Source: a virus. From it: a stretch of 64,000 nucleotides of DNA. Made by a program: the position numbers and the translations under genes. Numbering within the stretch: the first letter of the stretch is position 1; each line of letters begins with the position of its first letter. This document shows, in pieces, positions 39,019 through 48,794 of this stretch. Below the pieces are notes generated by a model. That model searched no databases. It was not told where the DNA came from and saw only the letters and a program-made list of their open reading frames with translations. The stretch is from the IMG/VR virus record IMGVR_UViG_3300037091_000060, positions 1 through 64,000 of that record; one strand, 5' to 3'.

Positions 39019-39875
39019 TCGCAGGAAAAGTAAACATAGTTATCCCGCTCTACAATCAAGAGCAGTACATCACTCAGTGTGTCAATTCAGCCCTCGCTCA
39101 AACGTATCCGAATTTTGACGTGACCGTTATTAATGATGGCTCAACCGACTATTCGAGACAGGTGTTACAGGAAGCGATTGACGCTTATTTGAACGTAGAC
39201 AGCGTCAAGAGGGCTGAATTTTATAAGGTGGTGGAAGAGAAAGGTCTTGAGACCAAACGAACCAGCGATAACAAATATCCGGACCACGAAGAAAAGTGGG
39301 CCTTGTGGGCGAGCTACTTTCCGAACGGTGAGCGCGTCCCGCCTCTCGTAATCGACCAACCGAATAAAGGTCTTTCTGAGTCTCGAAATATAGGGATTAG
39401 AAGCGGGGACGGGGAGTTTATTTTACCGCTTGACAGCGACGACTGGATTGATGTAGACTATCTAAGTAGGACCGTGCCCAAGATGGCGGACCCGAAGGTG
39501 GGCATCGTCTCCACCGATATGCAGTACGAGGGGCTGTTGCGCAACCGCATCGCACCGCGCGGTCTAACGTTAGCGCATCAGATGAACTGCAATGACCTTC
39601 CAATCTGCTCGCTGATTAGACGAGAGGCGTGGGAGCAAACCCCCGGGTACGAGACCATTTTCATCGAGGTAGCGGGCAGCACGAAGGTTCCCGGATACGA
39701 GGACTGGAATATGTGGATTGACATTTTGAAGCGCGGCTGGACCGTGGCGGTCGTCAACGAGCCGCTGTTCCACTACCGCGTGAAACCAGTTTCGATGATA
39801 ACGCAGGCGAAATCGAAGCACAACGGACTGGTGCGCGTGATTCATCTTCTGCATCCGGATTTGTGGAGACAATAG
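39015..39875 (+). CDS. GT2 family glycosyltransferase
   Basis: IVIPLYN, INDGSTD, NKGLSESRN, LDSDD, EDW, HYR. Confidence 0.95.
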   Translation: MIAGKVNIVIPLYNQEQYITQCVNSALAQTYPNFDVTVINDGSTDYSRQVLQEAIDAYLNVDSVKRAEFYKVVEEKGLETKRTSDNKYPDHEEKWALWASYFPNGERVPPLVIDQPNKGLSESRNIGIRSGDGEFILPLDSDDWIDVDYLSRTVPKMADPKVGIVSTDMQYEGLLRNRIAPRGLTLAHQMNCNDLPICSLIRREAWEQTPGYETIFIEVAGSTKVPGYEDWNMWIDILKRGWTVAVVNEPLFHYRVKPVSMITQAKSKHNGLVRVIHLLHPDLWRQ

Positions 39876-40522
39876 TGAGGATAACTTTTATCGGCGACGT
39901 GCACGGGAAGACCGACCAGTACCAGAAGAAACTGCGCCAGAAGTTCGCGGGGAAGCGCACCTTTCAGATCGGAGACATGGGCATCGGCTTCAAGGGCGTC
40001 CCCGGCATTCACAAGGACATCCAGACGAACGGCGACCATAAATGGATTCGCGGGAACCACGATGACCCGGCGAAGTGCCGACAGCAGTTCGGATACGCGG
40101 GCGAGTACGGCTACCTGCCGGAGGACAAATTATTCTTTATGGGTGGCGCGTTCTCCATCGACCGCGCGTGGCGCACCCCCGGCGTATCGTGGTGGGGCGA
40201 CGAGGAACTCAGTTGGCCGGAACTCGCGAAGGCCGTCGACTTGTACATCGCGACGAAGCCGGAGATCGTGGCGACGCACGACTGCCCCAGCCGCATCTCA
40301 GAGTATATGCTGACCGTAGTGCTCCCCGGCTTCCGACCGGAGAAACTGGACTGCATGTCCAGCCGCACCGCAGCCGCGTTGCAGCAGATGTTGGACATTC
40401 ACCGCCCGAAATTTTGGGCGTTTGGGCACTATCATTGCGACACGTCGTTTGAGTGGCAAGGAACGAAGTTTGTTTGTTTGGCTGAACTCTCAGAGTACAC
40501 TCTGGACACCGATGAAGAATAA
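39875..40522 (+). CDS. Calcineurin-like metallophosphoesterase
   Basis: GDVHG, GDMG, GNHD, GGA.SID, THDCP, FGHYH. Confidence 0.9.
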   Translation: MRITFIGDVHGKTDQYQKKLRQKFAGKRTFQIGDMGIGFKGVPGIHKDIQTNGDHKWIRGNHDDPAKCRQQFGYAGEYGYLPEDKLFFMGGAFSIDRAWRTPGVSWWGDEELSWPELAKAVDLYIATKPEIVATHDCPSRISEYMLTVVLPGFRPEKLDCMSSRTAAALQQMLDIHRPKFWAFGHYHCDTSFEWQGTKFVCLAELSEYTLDTDEE

Positions 40523-40659
40523 AACTTACTTTGTTTACGCTTACTTTCTAGGTAAACGAGCCATTTATGTTGGGCACACCACCAATCTCAAAGAACGAAC
40601 AACGAAGGCACCAAAGTGATCGCATGAAAAAGTGGTGGACCGACCGGAGACGACAGTGA
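40512..40659 (+). pseudogene. Internally deleted GIY-YIG endonuclease remnant
   Basis: FVYAY..IYVGHT.NLKER then frame break; other frame gives EQRRHQSDRMKKWW ending in GTGA overlap with next gene. Confidence 0.6.
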
Positions 40660-41282
40660 ATTTTTATTTAATTTCGGATACGCATCTAAAACACGAGGCC
40701 ATGAAGACATACTGTCTACGCCCGCCCAACTTCACAGAACTCATACATAAGAACGTGATGAACACAGTGAAGGCAGAAGATACGCTGATACATTTAGGCG
40801 ACGTGGGCATAGGTAAACACGCGGATTGGACGTGGATGGTGCGCGCATGGCCGGGTCGTAAAATACTGATACGTGGTAATCACGATAGGGCACACTCTTG
40901 TGGATGGTGGGCAGAAACAGGCGGCTTTGATTTCGCGTGCGACTCGATGGTCTTCCGCAACGTGCTACTCACCCACGAGCCAGCGAACGCGATCATAAAA
41001 TCTGACGGCCATCGTCCGTACGGCGCGCTGGAAGAGGGTCTGCCGCAAGACTGCGAACTGAACGTGCACGGGCACCTTCACAACATCTGGGACGGATTCG
41101 CCAGCGAAGGACGTTTGGAGCGCGACAAGGAACTGCTCGGAATAGACTTCACCAAACGACTAAAGCACTCGTGGCAGCGGCTGTTCGCCGTGGAGTACAC
41201 GAACTACATGCCCGTCGAGTTCAACAAATTCATATCACAGCCTGACAAGTATCAGGCGAGGGGGCCACGTGGCCGACTTTAA
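40656..41282 (+). CDS. Calcineurin-like metallophosphoesterase
   Basis: SDTH, HLGD, GNHD, THEP, HGHLH. Confidence 0.9.
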   Translation: MNFYLISDTHLKHEAMKTYCLRPPNFTELIHKNVMNTVKAEDTLIHLGDVGIGKHADWTWMVRAWPGRKILIRGNHDRAHSCGWWAETGGFDFACDSMVFRNVLLTHEPANAIIKSDGHRPYGALEEGLPQDCELNVHGHLHNIWDGFASEGRLERDKELLGIDFTKRLKHSWQRLFAVEYTNYMPVEFNKFISQPDKYQARGPRGRL

Positions 41283-41796
41283 TCAGGCACTACAGAAAAC
41301 GCTGATTCACGAGGGCGGGTATCAGAACCGTCCGCTGGACAAAGGCAACTGGTACAACGGAATCAACTACGGCACGAAGTACGGCATCACTGCCACCGAC
41401 GTAGCGCATTACTTTCCTACGCTCATTTCGGACTTGAACTGCGTTCGTAATCTGACGACGGCACAGGCCACGATAGTCTACAAGGGCGGGTACTGGAAAG
41501 ACCTTTACTCCCAGATCAACGCGCAACTGGTCGCGGAGAAGCTGTTCGACATGGGCGTGCTGATGGGCGTGGGGACTGCGGTGAAACAATTGCAGATCAC
41601 TTTGAAGAACGCGATTGCGATTGTGCCGGACGGCGTGTTCGGCCCCCAGACCTTGGCCGACGTTAACCAGCAGGACGGTGCTCAACTTCTAAATAGTTAC
41701 CGCACCACGCTTCTCAATCACGCGGTCAACATCGTCAACGCCAACCCGAACGACGCTGGATTTATACAAGGCTGGATTAACAGAATCAACAGTTGA
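41269..41796 (+). CDS. Endolysin, glycoside hydrolase family 108
   Basis: HEGGY, TKYGIT, FDMGV..G, DGVFGPQTL, F..GWINR. Confidence 0.9.
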   Translation: MADFNQALQKTLIHEGGYQNRPLDKGNWYNGINYGTKYGITATDVAHYFPTLISDLNCVRNLTTAQATIVYKGGYWKDLYSQINAQLVAEKLFDMGVLMGVGTAVKQLQITLKNAIAIVPDGVFGPQTLADVNQQDGAQLLNSYRTTLLNHAVNIVNANPNDAGFIQGWINRINS

Positions 41797-41806
41797 AAGG
41801 GCTCCC

Positions 41807-43781
41807 ATGATAAAAAAGTGGGTGATGACAAGGTTCATAGAGTGGGCTCCGGGGGAAAAACATCCGGCGACCCCGGTTAAGGTGTTCAAGAACGTCCACG
41901 ACTGCGATAAGATTCGCCGCGTTCTGCTGGCGCGGTGCAACATCTGCAACTATGTCGTATCTCGCGACCCGATAGCGGTGAAGGAACTGCTTTATAAGTG
42001 CGACAACAAACGGTGCTGTTTGATAAGTCCCGGGCTGCACCAAGTGTGTGACGTTTGTTACTGGATGTGGCGCGCGTTGTACGCGAATCTAGGATTGAAA
42101 GACCAGAGGTACTTCAAAGAGGGAGGAGAGTTATGAGACACAAAATCAGCACGGTAGTATTTTCACAAGGTTGGCTGGACGGCCAGATTGAGAGCATGAT
42201 CGCGAATACCGCAGCCCATCAAAATGAGGACCCGACCGGGCACTTAATAGTGGCGCAGATTGCAGAACAATGGGCCATCATCACCGCTGCGCTGGACGAC
42301 CTGATTAAAGAGAACGGCGAATTGAAGCGCAAGCTGTCTGTGGTTGAGAGCGCGTTTTTATGAACATCCGCGAGTGCAGACAGTGCCACCGGATGGTCGA
42401 CTTCGACGAACCGTGGTGCGACCACGAGACGATGGAAGAGAGCGCGTGGATAGACATTCGCGAACGAGCCGCCGCCTTCGGTAGAGACGCAGCCGTGATA
42501 GACGACATCGTAGAGCAAGCGGCGAAAGACCTAATCAAGTGAACCTAAAGTGGAACGCGTCGCTCAGTCGTTTCGAAGCCGAGTTCTCGGACTTCCACGG
42601 GGACCTTGCTGCCGTGAAGGCGGCGGGTTTCAAAACGGATGGTCGCCCGGACTGGATTTGGTACACATACAAGGCCGAACCACTGAACGCGCTACGCGAT
42701 AATCGTCCGGCCAGCGGACTGACCATCACAGCGGACGCGAAGGCGCAATTTGCCGTGCTGTACGCGGTCGAAGAACGCAACGCGAAGACGAAGGCCGAAT
42801 TCGCGGAGCACACGAAGGCCTTAAAAAAGAAGATTAAAGAAGAGACCCACGAGGGGACGACCCCGGTAATCGTCCCCGCGAAGGGCTACATCGAAGCCAG
42901 CGACCTCCCCCCGTTCACCCCTATTTGTACGCAATTCAACCCCCCGAACAAGCCGTCCACTGTATGCATCATCTGCGGGGACCCCGTTTGGTTTTATGAG
43001 AGGCAGAACCCGCCAGTTTGTTTATGGTGCGAAATAAAAGTACTTGACAACAGCGATGGAATATGAGAGGATGTATTTAGGAGGTTACACATGCGATTTG
43101 ATGATGCAGACGAGTCCGCACCGACATTTGTGGAACTGTTCATTTTGTACATACTCGGGATGGCCCCTCCTGAAGTCGAGGACACGCCGCCCCAATGAGC
43201 CACAACTGCAAACTGACGGACAAGGACGGGTTCTACACCTTCACCTGCTCCCGCTGTCGAGCCTGTTACGTTTGCAAGCACAAGGCGGTTTATTTCGACG
43301 AGGCAGGTAAGTGGATGTGGAAATGTCGTGACGGTAAATTTCGGGAAGTCATCTTAGACGGGAGAATCCAATCATGAGCGACAAACAGAAGCACAAGAAT
43401 CCCCGCACCAGACAACCGCAAAAGGCATCGGCCCCGCTCACCGCAGAAGAGCAGGCCAAGATTATCGCCGCCCGGGAGCAAGCGGAGAAGGAAGCGAACG
43501 AGGAAGCCGCGCGCCTTCAACTCTACGGCAAGTCCGTCGAGAAGATGTCGCACCGTCAACTCCGTTCCGAACTCGTGAAGACAATCAAGCGTGAAAGCGC
43601 GGGCCGTCCCCCGGAGCCAATTCCGGGATTGACCGTTGCCTTCGCATCCGTCCTGCTGCTGGTGTTGGACAATACGAAGACCAGCCCCGTGTTCGACACA
43701 GACAAGAACGGCAAGCCGACCCGCGTGGCACGGCTGGACCAGATTAATAAACTCGGTAGGCTGCACCCGTACCCGCTGTAA
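41807..43781 (+). CDS. Run of small hypothetical ORFs (41807-42136, 42133-42363, 42360-42542, 42539-43066, 43091-43198, 43195-43377, 43374-43781)
   Basis: Coupled starts/stops; several CxxC motifs. Confidence 0.6.
43044..43072 (+). promoter_or_regulatory. Sigma70-type promoter
   Basis: TTGACA-17-GAGGAT with TG. Confidence 0.7.
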
Positions 43782-43856
43782 TGTGGGAGGCACTGTTTTG
43801 TCCCGTTCACGGTATCGTGCCCTTCGTGGTCCGATACCTTAGCGCGGCGGACCCGC

Positions 43857-43896
43857 AACTTTTGTGCTTGACAATCAAGTCGTATTATGAGAGGAT
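43857..43896 (+). promoter_or_regulatory. Sigma70-type promoter, likely leaderless
   Basis: AACTTTTGTGC-TTGACA-17-GAGGAT; ATG 7 nt downstream. Confidence 0.75.
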
Positions 43897-43902
43897 AACA
43901 AA

Positions 43903-45000
43903 ATGAACGGCATAAACGAAAAGAATCACCGCGATAAAAAGAACGAGACCAGCGCAGAGAACTTCCGCAAGGAAAAGAGAGCGCGCAACGACGCGCGCGG
44001 CAAACAGAAGTGGGTCCCAAGTTCGTTCACGGGAACCTTAGAAGAACTCGATAAGTTATCTGACGCAAAGGTACGGGCAATTGTCCCGGCGCACTGGGAG
44101 AGATCATGTTGATTCAACCCCCGGCCCACGTAGCGAAGGCAGCGAAAGAGTAAATGACCAACCGTTACACGGTCGACGGCATCCTCGTGGAGGCCACCAA
44201 AAGTATCGGTGGTCTCTTCTACGAGGTGACTGCTGTGAAGACGGGACAGACGATACGCGTTCTCGTCAAGGCATTTGAAAGTATAGCGAAACCAGTACCA
44301 GAGATCATGAGTTCGGCAGCAGACTCGGAGGCAGCGACATGAGCTACGTTGAATTTAATTCTTTACTCGGTAAAACCTTGAAGGCGGTCTATCAGACCGA
44401 CAACGATGTTATAACTTTTGCGACAGAAGACGGCGAAGAGTATCAATTGTATTATGAACCAGACTGCTGCGCAAGTTGTGTCGTCGAGGACGTTGTTGGC
44501 GATTACAACGACCTAGTCGGCTCGCCCATCATTCGTGCAGAAGAAAACAGCAGCAACGAAAACCCAGAGGGCGTTCCTGTGTCAGACTATCAGGAAAGTT
44601 TCACTTGGACATTTTACCGGATTGGCACCGCGAAGGGCACCGTCGTTATCCGCTGGTACGGTAGCTCTAACGGTTACTATTCCGAGTCTGTTAGTTTTAG
44701 GAAGGTATGATCGTCGCATTCCAACCCGGGGGCAACATACGTGCCGCGCGCGTGGTGCTAAAGCCGGACGAGACGGTCCCGACGCGGTACAACACGCCGG
44801 AGGCTATCGTTTACCGAGAGGGCGAGAACGGCGGCCCTTGGATTTTAGTGAAGCCGCAGTACACGGTTCTACCAGCGGATTCCCCGCTACTGTCGCAGCC
44901 AGTGCTGCCGGACATCACTCTGCCCGTAGAGCCAGAGGGTAGCGCATTTGACCATACAGACATCATCAGAATGGACGACGACTATGACCCTCCGAAATAA
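43903..45000 (+). CDS. Four hypothetical proteins (43903-44112, 44154-44342, 44339-44710, 44707-45000)
   Basis: Coupled ORFs; 44339 has DCC..ED..GD..WTFY..RWYGSSNGYYS conserved-phage-protein pattern. Confidence 0.65.
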
Positions 45001-45424
45001 GATACTGTTATCTATTCTAGCCGGGGTCCTTTGGTTTGCCGGATGCGAGGGGCTGGACCACGTCCATCCCCGCGTCTCCAATAAGTCCGACGGCTGCATC
45101 ACTGCCGTCTCTCAGGCACAACTTCAAAAGTGGTACGCGGACGCGAACAAAGATTACTTCGACGACAAGCTGCCTCATGACACCGAGATTGTCTGGGAGA
45201 GTTTGCGATACAAGAAGGCGATGGCCGACACCGTGTGCAACGAGCAAGGCTGCAAAATGCGTTTAGACCCGTACGTGAACATCGCCCCGGTCACGGCGCA
45301 GTTAAGTGAGTATCACGAAATGTGCCACGTCGCGACTCAGGGTGCAGACTTCATGCACGGCCCCGAATTTCAGAAGTGCATCCGGATGCTCTTCGACAAG
45401 GGAGCGTTGGACGGATTAATTTAG
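44984..45424 (+). CDS. Lipoprotein with SprT-like zinc metalloprotease motif
   Basis: Signal with FAGC lipobox; N..YF..LP, HEMCH, HGPEF. Confidence 0.65.
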   Translation: MTLRNKILLSILAGVLWFAGCEGLDHVHPRVSNKSDGCITAVSQAQLQKWYADANKDYFDDKLPHDTEIVWESLRYKKAMADTVCNEQGCKMRLDPYVNIAPVTAQLSEYHEMCHVATQGADFMHGPEFQKCIRMLFDKGALDGLI

Positions 45425-45823
45425 GAGAACACGTGAACTCTTACAGGAGAAAATCATGGAACTTATTGAATTAAAAGCATTAATGGCCGCGTCAGTTTTG
45501 CCGCACATCCCGAGGAAATCTGTTGATATTCGACAGACTGAGGTAGAGCAAGCGGTAATTATAGCGCAATGGATTTGGGAAGAAGCCTTAAAGCAAGGAT
45601 AGACGAAGGTAGTGTAAGAGAACAGACCGTTCTAACAACAGGAGGATTTATGCGTGGAGAAAGAAAAGTACCGACAGAGTGGCCCTCGTGGCAACGGATG
45701 GAGAGAAACGAAACATGGCTCGCTGAGACGCATAAACTTCAGCAAGCGAAAGAGAACGCGGTCGCAAAGAAAAAGCATCTGAGCGACATCGAATTTTTGA
45801 ACCAGAACGAGAGGGGAAAATAG

Positions 45824-46264
45824 ATGTTGTGTGGTGAGAAATCAGTTCGCCACACATTTCCTTGCGGCTGTTCGGGAACATTATCTATTAATCGGAGTAA
45901 ATTTATCGACGTAAGAAATCATCGAGGTGGGAGAAAGTCTGCCCATTGTCGCGTGATGGCAATATTGAGTGCCTCGCAACAAAGAGCCAAAAAGTATAAA
46001 TATACTCCAGTCAATCGAGACACGCTACATTCTCTAGTTAGGAAGTTAATGAGAGTCAAAGAGTGCTGGCGTTGCAGACAACCGCTAGAGTGGGTCTTCG
46101 GTCGCGGAAAGACGCCGCACCTCCACCACGACCACGAAACCGGAGAGGTTCATGGTTTCACACACCCAAGCTGCAATCCAAAGGCGTTGCTACACGAGAT
46201 TGATGATTTGAGAAAAGAACTCGCTATTTTAAAAATTTCACTTGACAAGACTCTCCAATCATGA
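45824..46264 (+). CDS. HNH/EndoVII-like endonuclease
   Basis: CWRC..HLHHDHETGEVHGFTHPSCN; related to 17471-17995. Confidence 0.7.
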   Translation: MLCGEKSVRHTFPCGCSGTLSINRSKFIDVRNHRGGRKSAHCRVMAILSASQQRAKKYKYTPVNRDTLHSLVRKLMRVKECWRCRQPLEWVFGRGKTPHLHHDHETGEVHGFTHPSCNPKALLHEIDDLRKELAILKISLDKTLQS

Positions 46265-46270
46265 GATGCT
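46242..46270 (+). promoter_or_regulatory. Integrase promoter
   Basis: TTGACA-17-GATGCT with TG. Confidence 0.65.
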
Positions 46271-46290
46271 TTGGATACGGAGAAACGCAT

Positions 46291-47163
46291 ATGACTTTTC
46301 GAGAACAGGCTGAGAAATATATGCTTGAGATCGCTAATCGAAAGGGTGCCCCAGCGAGAGCTACCACCCTTCACGTCTATCGCTCCGTTCTCGATGCCCG
46401 CGTACTTCCCGCTATCGGCGGGGCAGATATGGCGGCCATTAACAATAAAACCGTCAAGATGCTCGTCGGTCGTCTCGCAGAGGCCCGATTGAGTCCTGCC
46501 ACCATATCCTTGACGGTCGCACTTGTGAAACAGATCGTCGCGTCCGCCACGGATGACGAGGGTACCTACCTGTACCCGGTGAAATGGAACCCCAAGTTTA
46601 TAGACGCTCCCCGGGTCGACCCAGCCTCCCAGACCACGCCTATTGCCTCGGTTGCTGCCATTACGGCTGCATTACAGACGACATCGGGCGAAGTTGGGGT
46701 ATTGGTAGCCTTATTGGCTGGAACGGGCCTACGGGTCGGGGAAGCCCTCGCCTTGAAGGCATCTGACTGGGACCGGGACGCGGGCACCCTCCGAATTCAC
46801 TCCACGATGGTCAAGGGCCAAGTCCAGCCGGACCCGAAAACGAAGGCCGGGAACCGGGTGGTCGACCTAGACCCCTCGCTGAATCGATTCCTTAGCGCGC
46901 TGCTTCCGACCGAGGGCCGCCTGTTTTCATCCCCGGAGCGCACCCTGCACTTCCGCCTTGCGAAGCTGGGCATCCACGGGTTCCACAGTTTGCGCAGATT
47001 TCGCATCACGTATTTGCAAGGCACGGCAATCCCGCCTACGCTGGTGAAGTTCTGGGCGGGTCACGCGGCGGGAGACATCACAGAGCGTTACACAAAATTC
47101 GGAGCACAAATTCAAGAGAGGAAGGTCTGGTCGGAGAAGGCCGGATTAGGGTTCTCGTTGTGA
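46291..47163 (+). CDS. int: Tyrosine recombinase/integrase
   Basis: TGLRVGE, PKT, HSLRR, GH, ITERY catalytic set. Confidence 0.92.
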   Translation: MTFREQAEKYMLEIANRKGAPARATTLHVYRSVLDARVLPAIGGADMAAINNKTVKMLVGRLAEARLSPATISLTVALVKQIVASATDDEGTYLYPVKWNPKFIDAPRVDPASQTTPIASVAAITAALQTTSGEVGVLVALLAGTGLRVGEALALKASDWDRDAGTLRIHSTMVKGQVQPDPKTKAGNRVVDLDPSLNRFLSALLPTEGRLFSSPERTLHFRLAKLGIHGFHSLRRFRITYLQGTAIPPTLVKFWAGHAAGDITERYTKFGAQIQERKVWSEKAGLGFSL

Positions 47164-47239
47164 TGTTCCACATCTACAAATGGATTTTCGTCCTCACTGG
47201 GAACCAGTGGGCATGGGACAAGTTACAGGAGAAACGACG

Positions 47240-48085
47240 ATGACCAATTCACACATTAAGATAATTTTGTTTGGCGTGGTGCTGTTCATTATGTCCACGA
47301 TACTGACGGTCGATTTAATAAACCGCCAGTGCCACGGTCAGTGCTTTCAGAAACATGACAAGGGTTGCCAAGCGCGCTGCTTCGACCGGGGTGTGTGCCC
47401 GATGTCCGGGGGAGACCAGTAGTGCCCGGTAAGGACATCCCGGCAATCGAGTGGAAGACCCTCTTGGACGCCGACCACGTCGCGCATGTCGGCCCCGCAC
47501 TAGACGGAAGAATGATGTCGGGGCATAAACTAACTCTGGCCTGCGCTTGCTGCCCGAAGGTAGACCGGACACGCTACGCCTTAATCGTTGTACACAACGT
47601 AATTCACTGAGAGGGAATATGAGAGCAGAAGTAAAGAAGATAGGCGAGAAGGAATTCGAAGTTGTGCTGGGGAACCACGTGATCGGGACCGCGAAGTCGG
47701 ACTGCGACGCGCGCTTCCACATGCACGCTATCAACAGAGAGATTGACGCGCTAACCGAGAGGCATGATTGGAAGGGACAGGCTGACGGGTATCACGGCGG
47801 CGAATCTGAAAGTGAAAAGTTCCAAGACGAGTTAGAACCTCTCCCATGAAATGTATCACAGTGAAGGGTGAACAGTTCCGGCACCAGTTCTTATACACGG
47901 GTGTCGGCGATGAGCGTCGGTGCCACTTCTGTCAGTTGACCGTGCTGACATCGAGTGATGAAGTGATGGAAGAGACCTACCCCGGGCAGACGTACTTCCA
48001 TGAACACAACCCGAACATCAAACGCGCGGAACAGGATTATAAGGCTCAAAATCCTCGGCGTACTGATCTCGGTTCGAAGTCGTAG
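47240..48085 (+). CDS. Small hypothetical ORFs (47240-47422, 47422-47610, 47619-47849, 47846-48085)
   Basis: SD/coupled starts; first has TM plus Cys-rich tail. Confidence 0.55.
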
Positions 48086-48794
48086 CCATAATCTCCCTCG
48101 CGCGCTGTATCCTCGTTCCTAAATCCAGCCCGTAATTTTTGTAAATATCCAAACTGTCATAAGCCCGAAAACCGATGTGCGCGCAAACCGGAGCCTTCGG
48201 GTACGCGGGCAGCCAGTCGTTCTGGCGCATCACATTGCGAACGAGACCATCATCAAGTTGGGTGATTTCGTGCCATGCCCCGAACGTACGGTCTAGATAT
48301 CCACGCATGTCTTGAAAGTAGGCGTCGCAAATATGGGGAATAAGCCTGTCCAAGAGCGGACGACGCAAGAGGCTACCCGGGTTGGTGTAAAGGTGGCGGA
48401 ACTTCCAACGGCCATCGTGGTGATACCGACCGCAACTGGCGACCGCCGTCTGGCTCTCATGCCACTGAAAATAGTACGGGTAGATTAGAACATCCTCCTC
48501 GATGAGGTAGACGTTCTCCGCGCACTTCGCGGCGTTCTTAATCGCGTGCAAGATGTTCCAACTGCCGGAGGGGGCCTTCGCGTGAGGACGGGCACGAAAT
48601 AAAATAGCCTCCGGAAGGTAGAGATCGCGAACGATCTTCATCTCACGGAGGCGAGAATCTGATACCGAGTCGGCGTAGATGTGAACCGCTGGCCTACCTG
48701 CCGCGCTTGCGAGTTTTTCCAGTGTAAGCGCGAGCAGTTCCGGACGGTTTGCTGCCGGAATTGCCACCACTTGCGTTGTTAAGTTTTGGCCCAC
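48018..48794 (-). CDS. GT-A fold glycosyltransferase (start probably GTG 48794)
   Basis: VVAIPAANRPELL..L, YLIEEDV, LDDG, CAHIGF. Confidence 0.6.
   Translation of the reverse strand: MGQNLTTQVVAIPAANRPELLALTLEKLASAAGRPAVHIYADSVSDSRLREMKIVRDLYLPEAILFRARPHAKAPSGSWNILHAIKNAAKCAENVYLIEEDVLIYPYYFQWHESQTAVASCGRYHHDGRWKFRHLYTNPGSLLRRPLLDRLIPHICDAYFQDMRGYLDRTFGAWHEITQLDDGLVRNVMRQNDWLPAYPKAPVCAHIGFRAYDSLDIYKNYGLDLGTRIQRAREIMATTSNRDQYAEDFEPYNPVPRV

Noticed and set aside
47164-47240. attP site downstream of the recombinase
   Set aside because: No tRNA-like core, arm repeats or duplication detectable
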